The position numbers and the translations under genes are program-made. This document shows positions 18,438-28,394 of a stretch of 64,000 nt of DNA, piece by piece; the stretch's first letter is position 1; every line of letters begins with the position of its first letter. The stretch spans positions 160,001 to 224,000 of the forward strand of contig CAXXXF010000014.1 in assembly GCA_963667175.2 (NCBI GenBank), read 5' to 3'. Origin of the DNA: Candidatus Latescibacterota bacterium (lineage in GTDB: Bacteria; Latescibacterota; UBA2968; GCA-2709665). The notes beneath the pieces are model-generated. The model saw nothing but the letters and a program-made list of their open reading frames with translations, made no database searches and had not been told where the DNA came from.

Positions 18438-19739
18438 TCAACGTTTGATCTGAAACCTTCCGTCGGGAACGAGCCGCCTCGCATTCTGGCGGCTCAGTTT
18501 GATCTCCAGAAACACGTCGTTTCCCCTATAGGTCGTATTCAATATTTCGCCCACCCGATACAGTTCCGAGAGGAGCTTTCCTTCCGCCTGCGGAACCCGC
18601 AGTTGCATCACCTTGCGTTCGCCCTCGAGACGGTCGTAAATCGCCCACCGCAGATCGTCCAGCCCCCGGGCTTCCTGTGCTGAGACCCAGACGCCGTCCG
18701 GATACCCGGCCCGAAGTCGCCTCTGCATAGACGGATCGTGAAACTGATCGATCTTATTGAATGCCATCAACGTGGGGTACTCCGCGATGCCCAGTCCCTG
18801 GAGCGTTTCATGCACCGCCTCGATCTGCTCCTCGCACATTGGATGGCTCACATCGACAACATGCAGTAACAGGTCCGCATCCACCGCCTCCTCGAGGGTG
18901 CTTCTGAACGAAGCGACAAGGTGATGCGGCAGCTTACGTATAAACCCGACCGTGTCGGTCAGCAGGACTTCCCGATTGTACCCCAGATAGACCCTTCGGG
19001 TCGTGGATTCCAGTGTTGCGAACAATCGATCTTCCACGAACACGTCGGCGCCGGAAAGTACGCGCATCAACGTCGATTTTCCGGCATTCGTATAGCCCAC
19101 CAGGGAGATACGGAACGTATCCGTTCGCTGCTTGCGCCCCAGCACACGCCGCCGGGCGATCCTGTTCAGCGCTCTGGTCAAAACCCCGATACGGCTCCGC
19201 AGCGCCCGGCGGTCCACCTCCAGTTGGGTTTCTCCCGGACCCCGGGTGCCGATTCCCCCTGTCGTCCCGCCGTGGCCGGCCTGGCGCGACAGATGCGTCC
19301 ATCGGCGCGTCAGCCGCGGCAACAGGTAGTTGAGCTGTGCCAGTTCCACCTGAGTCTGAGCCTCGCGTGTCTTGGCCCGTCCCGCGAAGATGTCCAGAAT
19401 CAGCCGGCTCCGATCGATGACGTTGGCGCCCGCCACTTCCTCGAGGTTCTTGAACTGGGCGGGCGACAGGTCGTCGTCGAAGATCACGACCTGCGCCTGG
19501 AATTGCTTCACGCGGAGCGCAAGTTCCTCAGCCTTGCCCCGACCAATAAAAAAAGCCGGATCGATGCTTTCCCGCTCCTGCACCATCCGATCCACAACCC
19601 GCGCGCCCGCAGTGTCCGCCAGTAACGCAAGTTCATTCAGCGTGTCGTCCGTATCCCAGGATGAATTGCCCGGAAGCGCCATGCCCACCAGAATTGCGCG
19701 TTCCGGCTCCCTTGAGGTGATGATTTCATGCACCGCCAA
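18438..19739 (-). CDS. hflX: GTPase HflX
   Basis: LILDIFA, QVELAQL, GTRGPGETQLEVDRR, GYTNAGKST, DTVGFIRKLPH, NKID. Confidence 0.97.
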   Translation of the reverse strand: MAVHEIITSREPERAILVGMALPGNSSWDTDDTLNELALLADTAGARVVDRMVQERESIDPAFFIGRGKAEELALRVKQFQAQVVIFDDDLSPAQFKNLEEVAGANVIDRSRLILDIFAGRAKTREAQTQVELAQLNYLLPRLTRRWTHLSRQAGHGGTTGGIGTRGPGETQLEVDRRALRSRIGVLTRALNRIARRRVLGRKQRTDTFRISLVGYTNAGKSTLMRVLSGADVFVEDRLFATLESTTRRVYLGYNREVLLTDTVGFIRKLPHHLVASFRSTLEEAVDADLLLHVVDVSHPMCEEQIEAVHETLQGLGIAEYPTLMAFNKIDQFHDPSMQRRLRAGYPDGVWVSAQEARGLDDLRWAIYDRLEGERKVMQLRVPQAEGKLLSELYRVGEILNTTYRGNDVFLEIKLSRQNARRLVPDGRFQIKR

Positions 19740-19781
19740 TAGATCAGTCCCCTTCCGGGCCGGCGCGGCGCGCGCCGGACG

Positions 19782-20558
19782 TTACTTGCGGGATCCGGAT
19801 TTTCGGTCTGCGCCGGGCGAAAGAGCCTGGAGCTGATCCCGAAGCTGGGCGGCGCGCTCGAAATCTTCAATGGCAACCGCCTCGCTGAGTTGCTCCTTGA
19901 GGTCCTGAAACAGAGGCCTGGGTCGATCCTTTCGGATTTCTTCCGCCCATTCCTTCAAAAATACCACCTCTTCGCTGTCTTCCACGAGGTCGGGCCTGTC
20001 GTACTCTTTGAAGAACCCCTGGATCTCTTCGATGCCGTTGTGGATTTCCAGGAGTGCCCGATCGAAATTCTCGTCCTCGAGTTCCTGCAGGACCACCGCA
20101 CGTATGCGATGTCCGATCACAAAGGGCCTGTATTGCTCAAGGACCATGCTATCTTCTTCTTCACGCGCGTGTTCCTTGACGAAGTCGAACATATCGAGGT
20201 TTCGCTGAGCGTCATCCTGAGCAAGTCGATATTCTCCCAGTTCAAGAAAGCTGATCCGTCGATGGTAATACTGGAGCCCTTCGACCTGAAGTGACAGGCA
20301 GACGTCCGGATCGAGCCTGTACGTCTTCGTGTCCTCCGGCGACGTCCGCACTTTCTCCTTGTAGTAATGGAGCAGCGACTCATAACCGTGGGGGCGCTGT
20401 CCGTCCGGTCGGCCCGCGACTTCCATCTGCAATATTCCCATCTCCACGCGAAGCTGGATTTTTTCCTCGCCATCCGTCCCCTTGATGCGTCTCACACAGA
20501 GTTTGTCCGGCTCGTACGGCCAGCTTTCCAGAAGTGGCTGAATGTCATCCATCCCCAT
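19782..20558 (-). CDS. UvrB/UvrC-motif-containing protein
   Basis: KIQLRVEMGILQMEVAGRPDGQRP, C-terminal AVAIEDFERAAQLRDQL; ATG 20558 follows GGAGG and lies downstream of a clear promoter. Confidence 0.8.
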   Translation of the reverse strand: MGMDDIQPLLESWPYEPDKLCVRRIKGTDGEEKIQLRVEMGILQMEVAGRPDGQRPHGYESLLHYYKEKVRTSPEDTKTYRLDPDVCLSLQVEGLQYYHRRISFLELGEYRLAQDDAQRNLDMFDFVKEHAREEEDSMVLEQYRPFVIGHRIRAVVLQELEDENFDRALLEIHNGIEEIQGFFKEYDRPDLVEDSEEVVFLKEWAEEIRKDRPRPLFQDLKEQLSEAVAIEDFERAAQLRDQLQALSPGADRKSGSRK

Positions 20559-20632
20559 ATACGTCTTCCTCCAGCTTCCCACGGGTGAGAGCGGCCCTTC
20601 GAACTGCAACCACGATACCGGAACTCTCTGTG

Positions 20633-20661
20633 ATTTTACCATAACGCCTCACCGTTGTCAA
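20633..20661 (-). promoter_or_regulatory. Sigma70 promoter for the UVR-motif gene and hflX
   Basis: Minus strand TTGACA-17 bp-TAAAAT with TGn extension. Confidence 0.75.
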
Positions 20662-20817
20662 GGTATTTGACCCTGGAAACAGGACAAGCGCGCCCCGGCG
20701 GAAGCGTGGTTGGGCAGCCGGTTTCCGCAGACCCGTTACGATGGAATCTGCGCAGGCTGACGCGGGGGGACGGGTTGACCCTTCGATTCGACGGGGACAA
20801 GTCCCGCGAACGGGACG

Positions 20818-22113
20818 CTACAGTGCGGCGACCACCGACCCTACCGCCGAGCGCACCTGACTCAGTTCCTCTTCGCCATGGGTCAGGCCCACGTACCATC
20901 GGCCGTCCGGCAACAATTGAACGCCCGCCTCCAGCATACCGGTCCTGAACCGGGCATAGAGCGCCATGTCCGTCTCGGTGAGGTCCCGATACTGAACGGG
21001 GGGAGACAGTACTCCGAAGTGAACGTTGAAGACCGTGCCCGCGCCCGACGTGCAGACGTCGATTCCCCGGGCAGCCGCAGCCGCCTCGATAGTCCGCCGA
21101 ATCGCGTACCCGTGCTCATGCATCCGGTGGAAGGCCCGGGGATCCGCGCTCAGGATCGTGACCGTCGCGAGGCCTGCGGCAAGATTGACCGTGCTTCCGT
21201 TGTACGTCCCCGCGTGGATGGTCGCGCCGTTCCTGAGCACGTCGAACATCCTCCGCGAACCCGCCACCGCGGAAAGCGTGAACCCCCCGGCCAACGCCTT
21301 CGCGTAGACCGAGAGATCGGGGGTCGCGTCGAAATATTCCCGGGCGCCACCGAGAGCGAGGCGAAACCCGGTTATGACCTCGTCAAATATCGAAACCGCG
21401 CCGTTGCTTCGACACAGATCGACCATTCCCTGAAGGAACCCGTCCGAGGGCATGATGGATCCGGAATTGGCCAGCACCGGCTCGGTGATGACCGCTGCAA
21501 TCTCCGACCCCCGTTCGGAGAACAGGTTTTCCAGCAGATCCAGCCGGTTCCATGGCAACGTGACGGTCTCCGCGTATTCGGCCGCCGGCTGGCCGCCGCA
21601 GGCGGGCACGACCCTGGGTGATTCCGGATTCCCGAGCGCTTCGTCGGATTCGTGATAACTCACCAGAACGTTGTTCAACCATCCGTGGTAATGTCCCTCG
21701 AATTTGACAAACCTGGTACGACCGGTCGCGGCGCGCGCGAGCCTCAAGGCCGCCTGAACGGCCTCGGAGCCCGTATTGGAAAAAATCACCTGGTCAACGC
21801 CCGGGAGTGTTTCCACCAGCAGTTTTGCGAACGCAACCTCGCCCGGATGCTGGGCCCCGAGGGTGTATGAATTCCGAACCGCCGCCGTCACGGCCGCGTT
21901 CAGTTCCGGGTGATTCGAACCGAGAATCAACGGCCCCCACGCCAGGGTATAGTCCAGCAGTCGGTTTCCGTCCACGTCGTAATAGTACGGCCCCTCCGCC
22001 CGCTCGAAGAAAAGCGGCGGCGACGTCACGGCGCGCCTCATACCCGACGACACACCCATCGCGAGGTATCGGGAACTCGCCTTGAAAAGCGCTGTGGATC
22101 GAACCGTTTTCAT
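20818..22113 (-). CDS. Class III PLP aminotransferase (glutamate-1-semialdehyde aminomutase-like)
   Basis: WGPLILG, NTGSEAV, KFEGHYHG, IFDEVITGFR, AKALAGG, HAGTYNG. Confidence 0.9.
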   Translation of the reverse strand: MKTVRSTALFKASSRYLAMGVSSGMRRAVTSPPLFFERAEGPYYYDVDGNRLLDYTLAWGPLILGSNHPELNAAVTAAVRNSYTLGAQHPGEVAFAKLLVETLPGVDQVIFSNTGSEAVQAALRLARAATGRTRFVKFEGHYHGWLNNVLVSYHESDEALGNPESPRVVPACGGQPAAEYAETVTLPWNRLDLLENLFSERGSEIAAVITEPVLANSGSIMPSDGFLQGMVDLCRSNGAVSIFDEVITGFRLALGGAREYFDATPDLSVYAKALAGGFTLSAVAGSRRMFDVLRNGATIHAGTYNGSTVNLAAGLATVTILSADPRAFHRMHEHGYAIRRTIEAAAAARGIDVCTSGAGTVFNVHFGVLSPPVQYRDLTETDMALYARFRTGMLEAGVQLLPDGRWYVGLTHGEEELSQVRSAVGSVVAAL

Positions 22114-24755
22114 CGTGTGCCATCCGCTCCCGGCGCATCGATTCGAGGTTGGATATCACAGGTCGGACAAACGCGCCGCAGGTGGTCCCGCCGCGCCTTC
22201 CAGACCTCTATTGCCGGCACGAAGAACGAGTCCGCCCGGCCCACTTTCCCGCGGCGCTGTTTGCCCCGGCGATCAAGCGCCCTGTTCAGCTTCCCCGGCG
22301 GCACCGGACACAGCGCCGACCTGAACGCCAGCCCCCTCACCTGCCGCACGCCCCCGTCCGCCGCCACGACGTTGTAGACATTGCCGAACGGGTCGATGCA
22401 CCCGCAGGGAACCGATAACTCGGCCACATGGTAGGCTGTCGTGGCATTGTGGTCGACGCCAAGCAGCAGAACGTGCCCGTTTCCGTGTACGAGCTGGCCG
22501 ATGGGGCTGTGAGGCGTCCACAATCCTTTCTTTCCGTGATCCCTGCAGAAGGTCTCGGCTCTGGGACCCACCGCCGCCACCGCGTGCGTGGAATGGTCGC
22601 TCCTCACCACGTCGGGACGCCGCCAGAACGCATCGGGGATGGCGCCGTTGGTCGTGGGTGTGGTCATCGGATTGTACACCCGTGCGGCCCGGTGGTGAAA
22701 CGAGGGCATCATCAGCGTGCCGCGCTTTCCGATAACCTCCAGCAGCGCCTCGATCACCGCATCCGCGCCGCCCGCCACGTGCCCGATGGACGACAGGGAA
22801 CTGTGCGCCATCACGTCCATGCCCCGGATCAGGCCCAGCGAGCGGAGGTCCGCCACAAGGCGTGCGCGCGTCACCCGTTCCGACTTCTCGATAAGCTCTA
22901 CGTATCCCAGTTCAGCGTGCGCTTCGAAGTAAGCGACGACGCTCGCCACCTTCACTTCGTTGCCGGTCTCGCATGCCACGGCCTGCGAAATCTCCTGAAT
23001 CGTCCGGTTGCCGTCCGCCCAGAACAGCGCCCAGGGAGAAAGCCCTGTTTTGCTGATACGTCCGGCGATCTCCGGCGGCGTATTTTCCCCGATAGGAGAC
23101 AACACACGGGTGCGCCTCGGAATCCGGTCCGCGCCCTCGACGCGCCTTCGGCGCGGACGTCTCCTTCCCCGGGCGGCATCCGCCGCGGACTCCCGCACCT
23201 CGCGCTCGTGCCCGGCGAACTGCTCCAGGACGTCCCGCCTGCGCCCGCCCCACATCCAACGATGAAGCTTCTCCAGGTTCACGCGATGCTGCTCGCGTTC
23301 GTATTCGACCTGAGCAACCGACAGGCTCCCCGACCCCAACCTCCCAATCGTCCGCGCGGTCTCCGCGGCGGCCACGTCGACGATATCCTCCGTGCCTGCG
23401 TCCGCCAGCCAGTACAGATACCCCGCCATCGCCGTCGCGCACGCCGCCAGTCCCCTGGCGCTCAACAGAGCCGGCGTGTCCGCGGACGAATGGTAGGCGT
23501 CAAATCCCCGCCCGCGTTTGTGGTGGTGCGTGGTGAGCCAGGGACACGGAAATCCATACTTCGGATCCCCGATGAGCGTGTCTGAGGTGGGCTGGAACGG
23601 CTCCATCGACAGGCGATAGCCGGGGTTTCGCAGCTGCAGTGTTTCCGTCAGGATCGTCTCGCCCAGCCGGTCCACGAAACCGGCCGACATTGGAATCGAG
23701 GCATGCCACTCGATGCGGCCGCCGCAAACCGAGGGCTTGCTTCCCACCGAATCGATCACAACACCGGCAAGAGGAGTCTGCAGGCGCTGTGTGTCCTCCA
23801 GATACTTGAAAAATCCGTGACACTCGTAGGCGTTCATCAGACGTATCGTGCGTCTGGGCCGCGCCAGCTCACCGGCTGCGATATGTTCCTCGAGGACACG
23901 CGCAATTTCCATGCACAGCGCCACCCCCGACGCATTGTCGATTGCGCCGGGTTCCGCGCTGTGCGCGAGCGCCCACACTTCATCCTGTGGATCGGCGTCA
24001 CCGTGCACCACCCCGCTCACCTGATCGTGCGTTCCCTGGTAGTGACGAATGTCCACGTCTGTCCGTACGGTCAATGCGCCGTGCCTGCGCAGCAGGCGGC
24101 GCAGGCGTTTTCCCTGGTTCTCCGATAGAACCAGGCCGACCATCTGGACGGCCGCATCCTGAATGGGGACGCCACCCCACCCGAATTTCGTCCACGCGGT
24201 CGCGTCGGGCAGATTCGGTACGGGATGATCGGCGACCACCCCCGCGGCGCCGGCCTCTGAGAAGGACCGCAACATGCCGCGCGGATCCATGCGCGTCAGA
24301 ACCACCTTCCCTGCCAGTCCGCCTCTGGGAATCCGGGTCAGGGCCTCCTTTGAATCCACGACAGCCAGCTCGTTTTCCATCCCTCCCGGCGGCGTGGCGT
24401 CGCTCCACTGAATGACGTGCCACGGATTCTCCCTGTAATCCAGGACACGCGTTTTCACCGGTCGAATCACGTCCATCGTCGCGGAACGCACGTCTGCGGC
24501 CTTATGAATGATCCATCGCCCCGATCCGATGGCTCCGCCGGTCCGCATGGTGTGCACTTCCGCCCTTGCGCCCGATTCCTCGTAACGACGCACAAGTAAC
24601 GCCGTGGTGTCCGCGAACCGGTCGAATGAATTCCACCGGTCGGTAGCCACAACCTCGCGCACGTCCTGCAGAATCCGTCGTCCGTCCGTCTTCCCGTGCA
24701 GAAGCGGCAACACCGTCTTGCAGAAGTTGACAACCGATCCCGGACGAGCGGTCAT
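22110..24755 (-). CDS. Fusion: M28/DUF4910-like peptidase domain plus C-terminal AAC(3)-family N-acetyltransferase
   Basis: AHSAEPGAIDNASG, YHSSADTP (M28-like); HSSLSSIGHVAGG, GTLMMPSF, RSDHSTH, LLLGVDHNATTAYHVAE (Antibiotic_NAT). Confidence 0.8.
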   Translation of the reverse strand: MTARPGSVVNFCKTVLPLLHGKTDGRRILQDVREVVATDRWNSFDRFADTTALLVRRYEESGARAEVHTMRTGGAIGSGRWIIHKAADVRSATMDVIRPVKTRVLDYRENPWHVIQWSDATPPGGMENELAVVDSKEALTRIPRGGLAGKVVLTRMDPRGMLRSFSEAGAAGVVADHPVPNLPDATAWTKFGWGGVPIQDAAVQMVGLVLSENQGKRLRRLLRRHGALTVRTDVDIRHYQGTHDQVSGVVHGDADPQDEVWALAHSAEPGAIDNASGVALCMEIARVLEEHIAAGELARPRRTIRLMNAYECHGFFKYLEDTQRLQTPLAGVVIDSVGSKPSVCGGRIEWHASIPMSAGFVDRLGETILTETLQLRNPGYRLSMEPFQPTSDTLIGDPKYGFPCPWLTTHHHKRGRGFDAYHSSADTPALLSARGLAACATAMAGYLYWLADAGTEDIVDVAAAETARTIGRLGSGSLSVAQVEYEREQHRVNLEKLHRWMWGGRRRDVLEQFAGHEREVRESAADAARGRRRPRRRRVEGADRIPRRTRVLSPIGENTPPEIAGRISKTGLSPWALFWADGNRTIQEISQAVACETGNEVKVASVVAYFEAHAELGYVELIEKSERVTRARLVADLRSLGLIRGMDVMAHSSLSSIGHVAGGADAVIEALLEVIGKRGTLMMPSFHHRAARVYNPMTTPTTNGAIPDAFWRRPDVVRSDHSTHAVAAVGPRAETFCRDHGKKGLWTPHSPIGQLVHGNGHVLLLGVDHNATTAYHVAELSVPCGCIDPFGNVYNVVAADGGVRQVRGLAFRSALCPVPPGKLNRALDRRGKQRRGKVGRADSFFVPAIEVWKARRDHLRRVCPTCDIQPRIDAPGADGTR

Positions 24756-24776
24756 GCCTGGTCTCCATTGTTAGAT

Positions 24777-25832
24777 TTACGCCACGGCGCCCGTGTCCGA
24801 CACCGATACGCCCAGTTCTTCAGCCACGGAACGGATCTCCGACCACGTCGCGTCCTCCAGGCACACCCCTTCGGACTCCCGTTCCCTTCGCGTCTCCGCT
24901 TCAATCTCTCCCGGCACGTAGATCGTCTCTACCCCTGGCATCTTCGGCGACGATTTCACCCAATCGATCAGTTTCCCCACCTCCGACTTGAAATCGTCCA
25001 CGTCCACGAAGCTCTCGATCTTTATTGCCAATGCAAGAAATCCGCTCGCGCCCCGCGTGGGCGCCTCCGTACTGCATCCGGCCCAGGAAAGTCCGCCCGC
25101 GATGGCGTCGATCATCATTGCCAGACCGTATCCCTTATGGCCCACCGGGCCTCCAAGGGGCAGCATGGCCGCGTTTCCGGCGTAGAATTCCTCGGGATCG
25201 GTGACGGTGTTTCCATCCAGGTCGACCATCCAGCCTTCGGGCAATCGTTGTTTCCGCAAACGGCAGATGTCCACCTTGCCGCCTGCCACCATGCTGGTCG
25301 TGATATCCAGCGTCATGGGCGGCCCGTCTCCGGTGGGGACGCCGATCGCGATCGGGTTGGGGGGCAGCCGCCGGGCAGTGCCGCCGAAGGGCGCCGCGAA
25401 CCGTCCTCCTCCGTTCAATATCAGGATTCCGATACAATCGCGCGCCGCGGCAACGGACGGAAAGTCGCCAAGCCTGCCGATATGTCCGGACCGATGGACC
25501 GCAACCGCCCCGAGCGTGTGCTCAAGGGCGCGGTCTACCGCCATGCGCATGGCGATATTTGCCACCACGATACCGATTCCGCCGCCCGCGTCGATGGTCA
25601 GGGAAGCCGGTGTCTCCCGAACCACTTCATGGTTTCCGGCGGGCTTGATCGCCCCCTCCCTCACGCCGCGCGCATAGCCAGGCATACGATGGATACCGTG
25701 GGAGTCGTGTCCCATCAGATTCGCATCCACGAGATGATCGGTTACGATCCGCGCCTGGTCTTCCGGCAGCCCGGCGGCGACAAATACCGCGTACCCGCAT
25801 TTTCTTAAGGTTTCATGCGACAAAATCGGCAT
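24777..25832 (-). CDS. Ldh_2 family oxidoreductase (malate/lactate/ureidoglycolate dehydrogenase type)
   Basis: GHDSHG, HIGRLG, APFGG, NPIA, LDITTS, GHKGYGL, YVPGE. Confidence 0.92.
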   Translation of the reverse strand: MPILSHETLRKCGYAVFVAAGLPEDQARIVTDHLVDANLMGHDSHGIHRMPGYARGVREGAIKPAGNHEVVRETPASLTIDAGGGIGIVVANIAMRMAVDRALEHTLGAVAVHRSGHIGRLGDFPSVAAARDCIGILILNGGGRFAAPFGGTARRLPPNPIAIGVPTGDGPPMTLDITTSMVAGGKVDICRLRKQRLPEGWMVDLDGNTVTDPEEFYAGNAAMLPLGGPVGHKGYGLAMMIDAIAGGLSWAGCSTEAPTRGASGFLALAIKIESFVDVDDFKSEVGKLIDWVKSSPKMPGVETIYVPGEIEAETRRERESEGVCLEDATWSEIRSVAEELGVSVSDTGAVA

Positions 25833-25836
25833 CTAA

Positions 25837-25990
25837 CAGTCCGTTGAAAAAGTCGCTCTGCAGGCGAGGTCGAGTCATTGTGGCCGAAGACAAGGCGCGC
25901 CTGTCTGCGTGCGGACACGCACAGGCAGGCAACGCCGTATTTCGGCCACAAGGGCCAGACGCAGCCCGGTTGGACTTTTTCAACGGGCTG
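25837..25990. mobile_element. MITE family A (IS5/IS1182-like terminal inverted repeats), full copy
   Basis: TIRs cagtccgttgaaaaag / ctttttcaacgggctg (15 of 16 match); left ~60 bp identical to the 36032 copy; no transposase. Confidence 0.85.
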
Positions 25991-26022
25991 CTTAGTTCCT
26001 TGAAGGCGCCGTTCGCCTCCGG

Positions 26023-28011
26023 TTAATACAAATATCGGTCGCGGAGGAACCCAGCTATCTCGGCAACGGTTGTCTCCGTACCTCGAATCGCATCGTGGAC
26101 GCGAACGTGCCACGGTTCCGGTCCCAGCGCCGCCCGCCAGTTCCGGATCGCCGAAACGTTGTCCCGGCCCGCCTTCTCGAGCGATCCGAGCGCGGCATGC
26201 AACTGTGTCTGGACGTCCGCGTCAGCCAGGTCGCACGTCGCCACCTGTTCCGCGACGCAATAGATGCACCGGGCCAGTTCCACGTAGGTCATCACCACGC
26301 GTGTCTCATTGGCGCGATGCGGACGCTCGAATTCAGAAGCGATCCGGATTGCCTGACGGCACGCGTCGGCCTTTTGTTCAAAGGCCCTCTCATCTTCAAA
26401 ATAGCGGAACATGCCCTCGCCGAGATACGGCCGCTCTTTCCGCCGAATCATCTCAGCCGCTTTGCCCCAGGAATAACAGATCGGAAAATCCGAATCGTAG
26501 ACGTCGAACGCCACGGGCCCCGTCCGTTCCGACCATTCCCCGAACGCGTCGGCGTCCCGATACCCTTCCCGCGTGGCCCACGCGGCGGCGAACTCCCTTT
26601 CGCTACGTCCGTTCAGGTTCCACGAATACTCCGCCAGGGCCGCGACGTTGTACCCGCACGTCTCCTTGCCCTTGGTGACCCACGCCATCATTCCGTAGGC
26701 CCCGCTGTATTGCCTGCGAATCAGCTGCCCCACGTAGTCCCGGATCCGATGCGGTGACGACTGTGGAACCTTGAATTCAGGGGTATCCACCCTTCCGTTC
26801 GCGTTGATCGGCACGTCGTAGCTGGCGATCCATCGACCCTGCGAGGCAAGGTGATCCAGAAGCGGGTTGGCCGCCAGATCCCGGGGCAGGTGCGGCACGC
26901 GCTCCATTTCGGTTGCGCAGGCGCGTTCGATCTTGACCTCTCGCGGCAACTCCGCCACGACCCGGTAATCCCGCTCAGACGTCGTGGTCGAAAGAAACAC
27001 GCGAATGTTGAACTTGGGATACCGGGGACGAATCCGCTTCCAGGCGTCGACGAACGCCCTGGCTTCGAGCACAAACTGCCCGCGTGACGTGCAATCACCG
27101 CATTCACACTGGGCGGGCCGCTCGGTCAGCCAGCAGCCCACCTCCAGCGCGCCCTGGGATGCGATGTCCGACATCCACTCGGCCAGAATGTCCACGAGCA
27201 GAGGATTGGACGCGCAGGGCGCTCGATGCTGTTTGCCTTGCTTGTGGGCAAAATACCGCCCGGCCAGCGCGCCGTCGCCCTTGCCCGCCAACTCGGGATA
27301 GGCGCGGTACAGGCCGCGTTCGTGCAGGAAATTCAGATGGGTGATCATCGGCACATAGTGAAATCCCAGCAAACGCGCCTTTTCCATCAGAGCCGTGTCG
27401 ATCCTGGCGCGGTTGGCTTTCCCTCGCACCACCCTGGACAGTTCCGTGGTGGCCATTTTGCCGTAGTTCAATTTCATCGACGCCATCCACGGAATCCACT
27501 CCTCCGGCGGTGGAAAGTTCCACATGCCGCGTTCGTCCAGATCCGGCCAGTCGGTCACCGAAACGAGCGGAACGCGGATGCTTCCGGGCGTCAGCATCGG
27601 ATCCAGCAGTTGGCAGAGCGTCCGTGCCGCGTACGAAATTCCGGGTTCGGACAGCGCGGCAAGCTCCAGGCGCCGCCGACCCGCCGGCCGGATCGTATAT
27701 GCCTGATCGCAATTCGGCAACCCCCGCAGCAGATCCGCGTCCGGACCGCCTTCCACCAGCCCGATCGAGACTTCGAAAGCGGTGCCCGCGGACATCGCGC
27801 CCTCGCCGGTGGCGCCCGCCTGCGCAGCGCCCTGCGCTGCAGGCAGGCAAAGGCGTTCCAGCATCGCGGCCGCATGCGTCTCGACCGCGCCCGCTCCGGG
27901 CCTTACCGCAATCGAAACCTGTTCGGGCCGACATTCAATTTCGCCCTGGATCGCGATCTCGTGAGGCAGTGGCAGCAGGTGACGCTTCCACTGCTCGTAT
28001 CGACTTTCCAT
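26023..28011 (-). CDS. Protein with an N-terminal GH20 domain-2 (zincin-like) fold; putative glycoside hydrolase
   Basis: LLPLPHEI, QAYTI, GISYAARTLCQLL, VTDWPDLDERGMW, MASMKLN motifs; catalytic family unclear. Confidence 0.7.
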   Translation of the reverse strand: MESRYEQWKRHLLPLPHEIAIQGEIECRPEQVSIAVRPGAGAVETHAAAMLERLCLPAAQGAAQAGATGEGAMSAGTAFEVSIGLVEGGPDADLLRGLPNCDQAYTIRPAGRRRLELAALSEPGISYAARTLCQLLDPMLTPGSIRVPLVSVTDWPDLDERGMWNFPPPEEWIPWMASMKLNYGKMATTELSRVVRGKANRARIDTALMEKARLLGFHYVPMITHLNFLHERGLYRAYPELAGKGDGALAGRYFAHKQGKQHRAPCASNPLLVDILAEWMSDIASQGALEVGCWLTERPAQCECGDCTSRGQFVLEARAFVDAWKRIRPRYPKFNIRVFLSTTTSERDYRVVAELPREVKIERACATEMERVPHLPRDLAANPLLDHLASQGRWIASYDVPINANGRVDTPEFKVPQSSPHRIRDYVGQLIRRQYSGAYGMMAWVTKGKETCGYNVAALAEYSWNLNGRSEREFAAAWATREGYRDADAFGEWSERTGPVAFDVYDSDFPICYSWGKAAEMIRRKERPYLGEGMFRYFEDERAFEQKADACRQAIRIASEFERPHRANETRVVMTYVELARCIYCVAEQVATCDLADADVQTQLHAALGSLEKAGRDNVSAIRNWRAALGPEPWHVRVHDAIRGTETTVAEIAGFLRDRYLY

Positions 28012-28326
28012 CCCTCAATTACCCCATGGTGTCCTGTCCCAAAAACACCTCGCCATTCGGCCGAATTCGGGCAACGTATTTCCGGGACAGAACACTGATC
28101 GCACGTCAACTCCGCATTGACGACGTTTGAGGATTGTCGAAGAAACCCGCCCGGACCACGGCCTTGTGCGCGGCCGCGAACCGCCCGTCGGCCGCCGGCG
28201 TGGTCCCACGGGTACGCGCTGTCGCACCGGACGCAGACGCGGTATATGATTGCAACGGGAACCCGGAAAGTCAAGCCATAACAGCAGGACGATTCGACGG
28301 AACTCATCGCTGATTTCAGGAAAACC

Positions 28327-28369
28327 TTGACAGCCCGCGACCCGATGCTTAACATTGTCACATTGACAA
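28327..28369 (+). promoter_or_regulatory. Sigma70 promoter of dut-ispH with an overlapping palindrome
   Basis: TTGACA-17 bp-TAACAT; palindrome TTGTCA-cat-TGACAA at 28355-28369. Confidence 0.65.
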
Positions 28370-28394
28370 ACCGGCCACGAAAGGAAGCGCGACA

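Noticed and set aside
20818-22113. Calling the class III aminotransferase hemL
   Set aside because: The canonical GGVNSPVR motif is absent and no heme genes are nearby; left as a family-level call.
22110-22900. AAC(3) domain as an acquired aminoglycoside resistance gene
   Set aside because: It is fused to a peptidase-like domain inside a metabolic operon with host-like composition; resistance cannot be supported from sequence.
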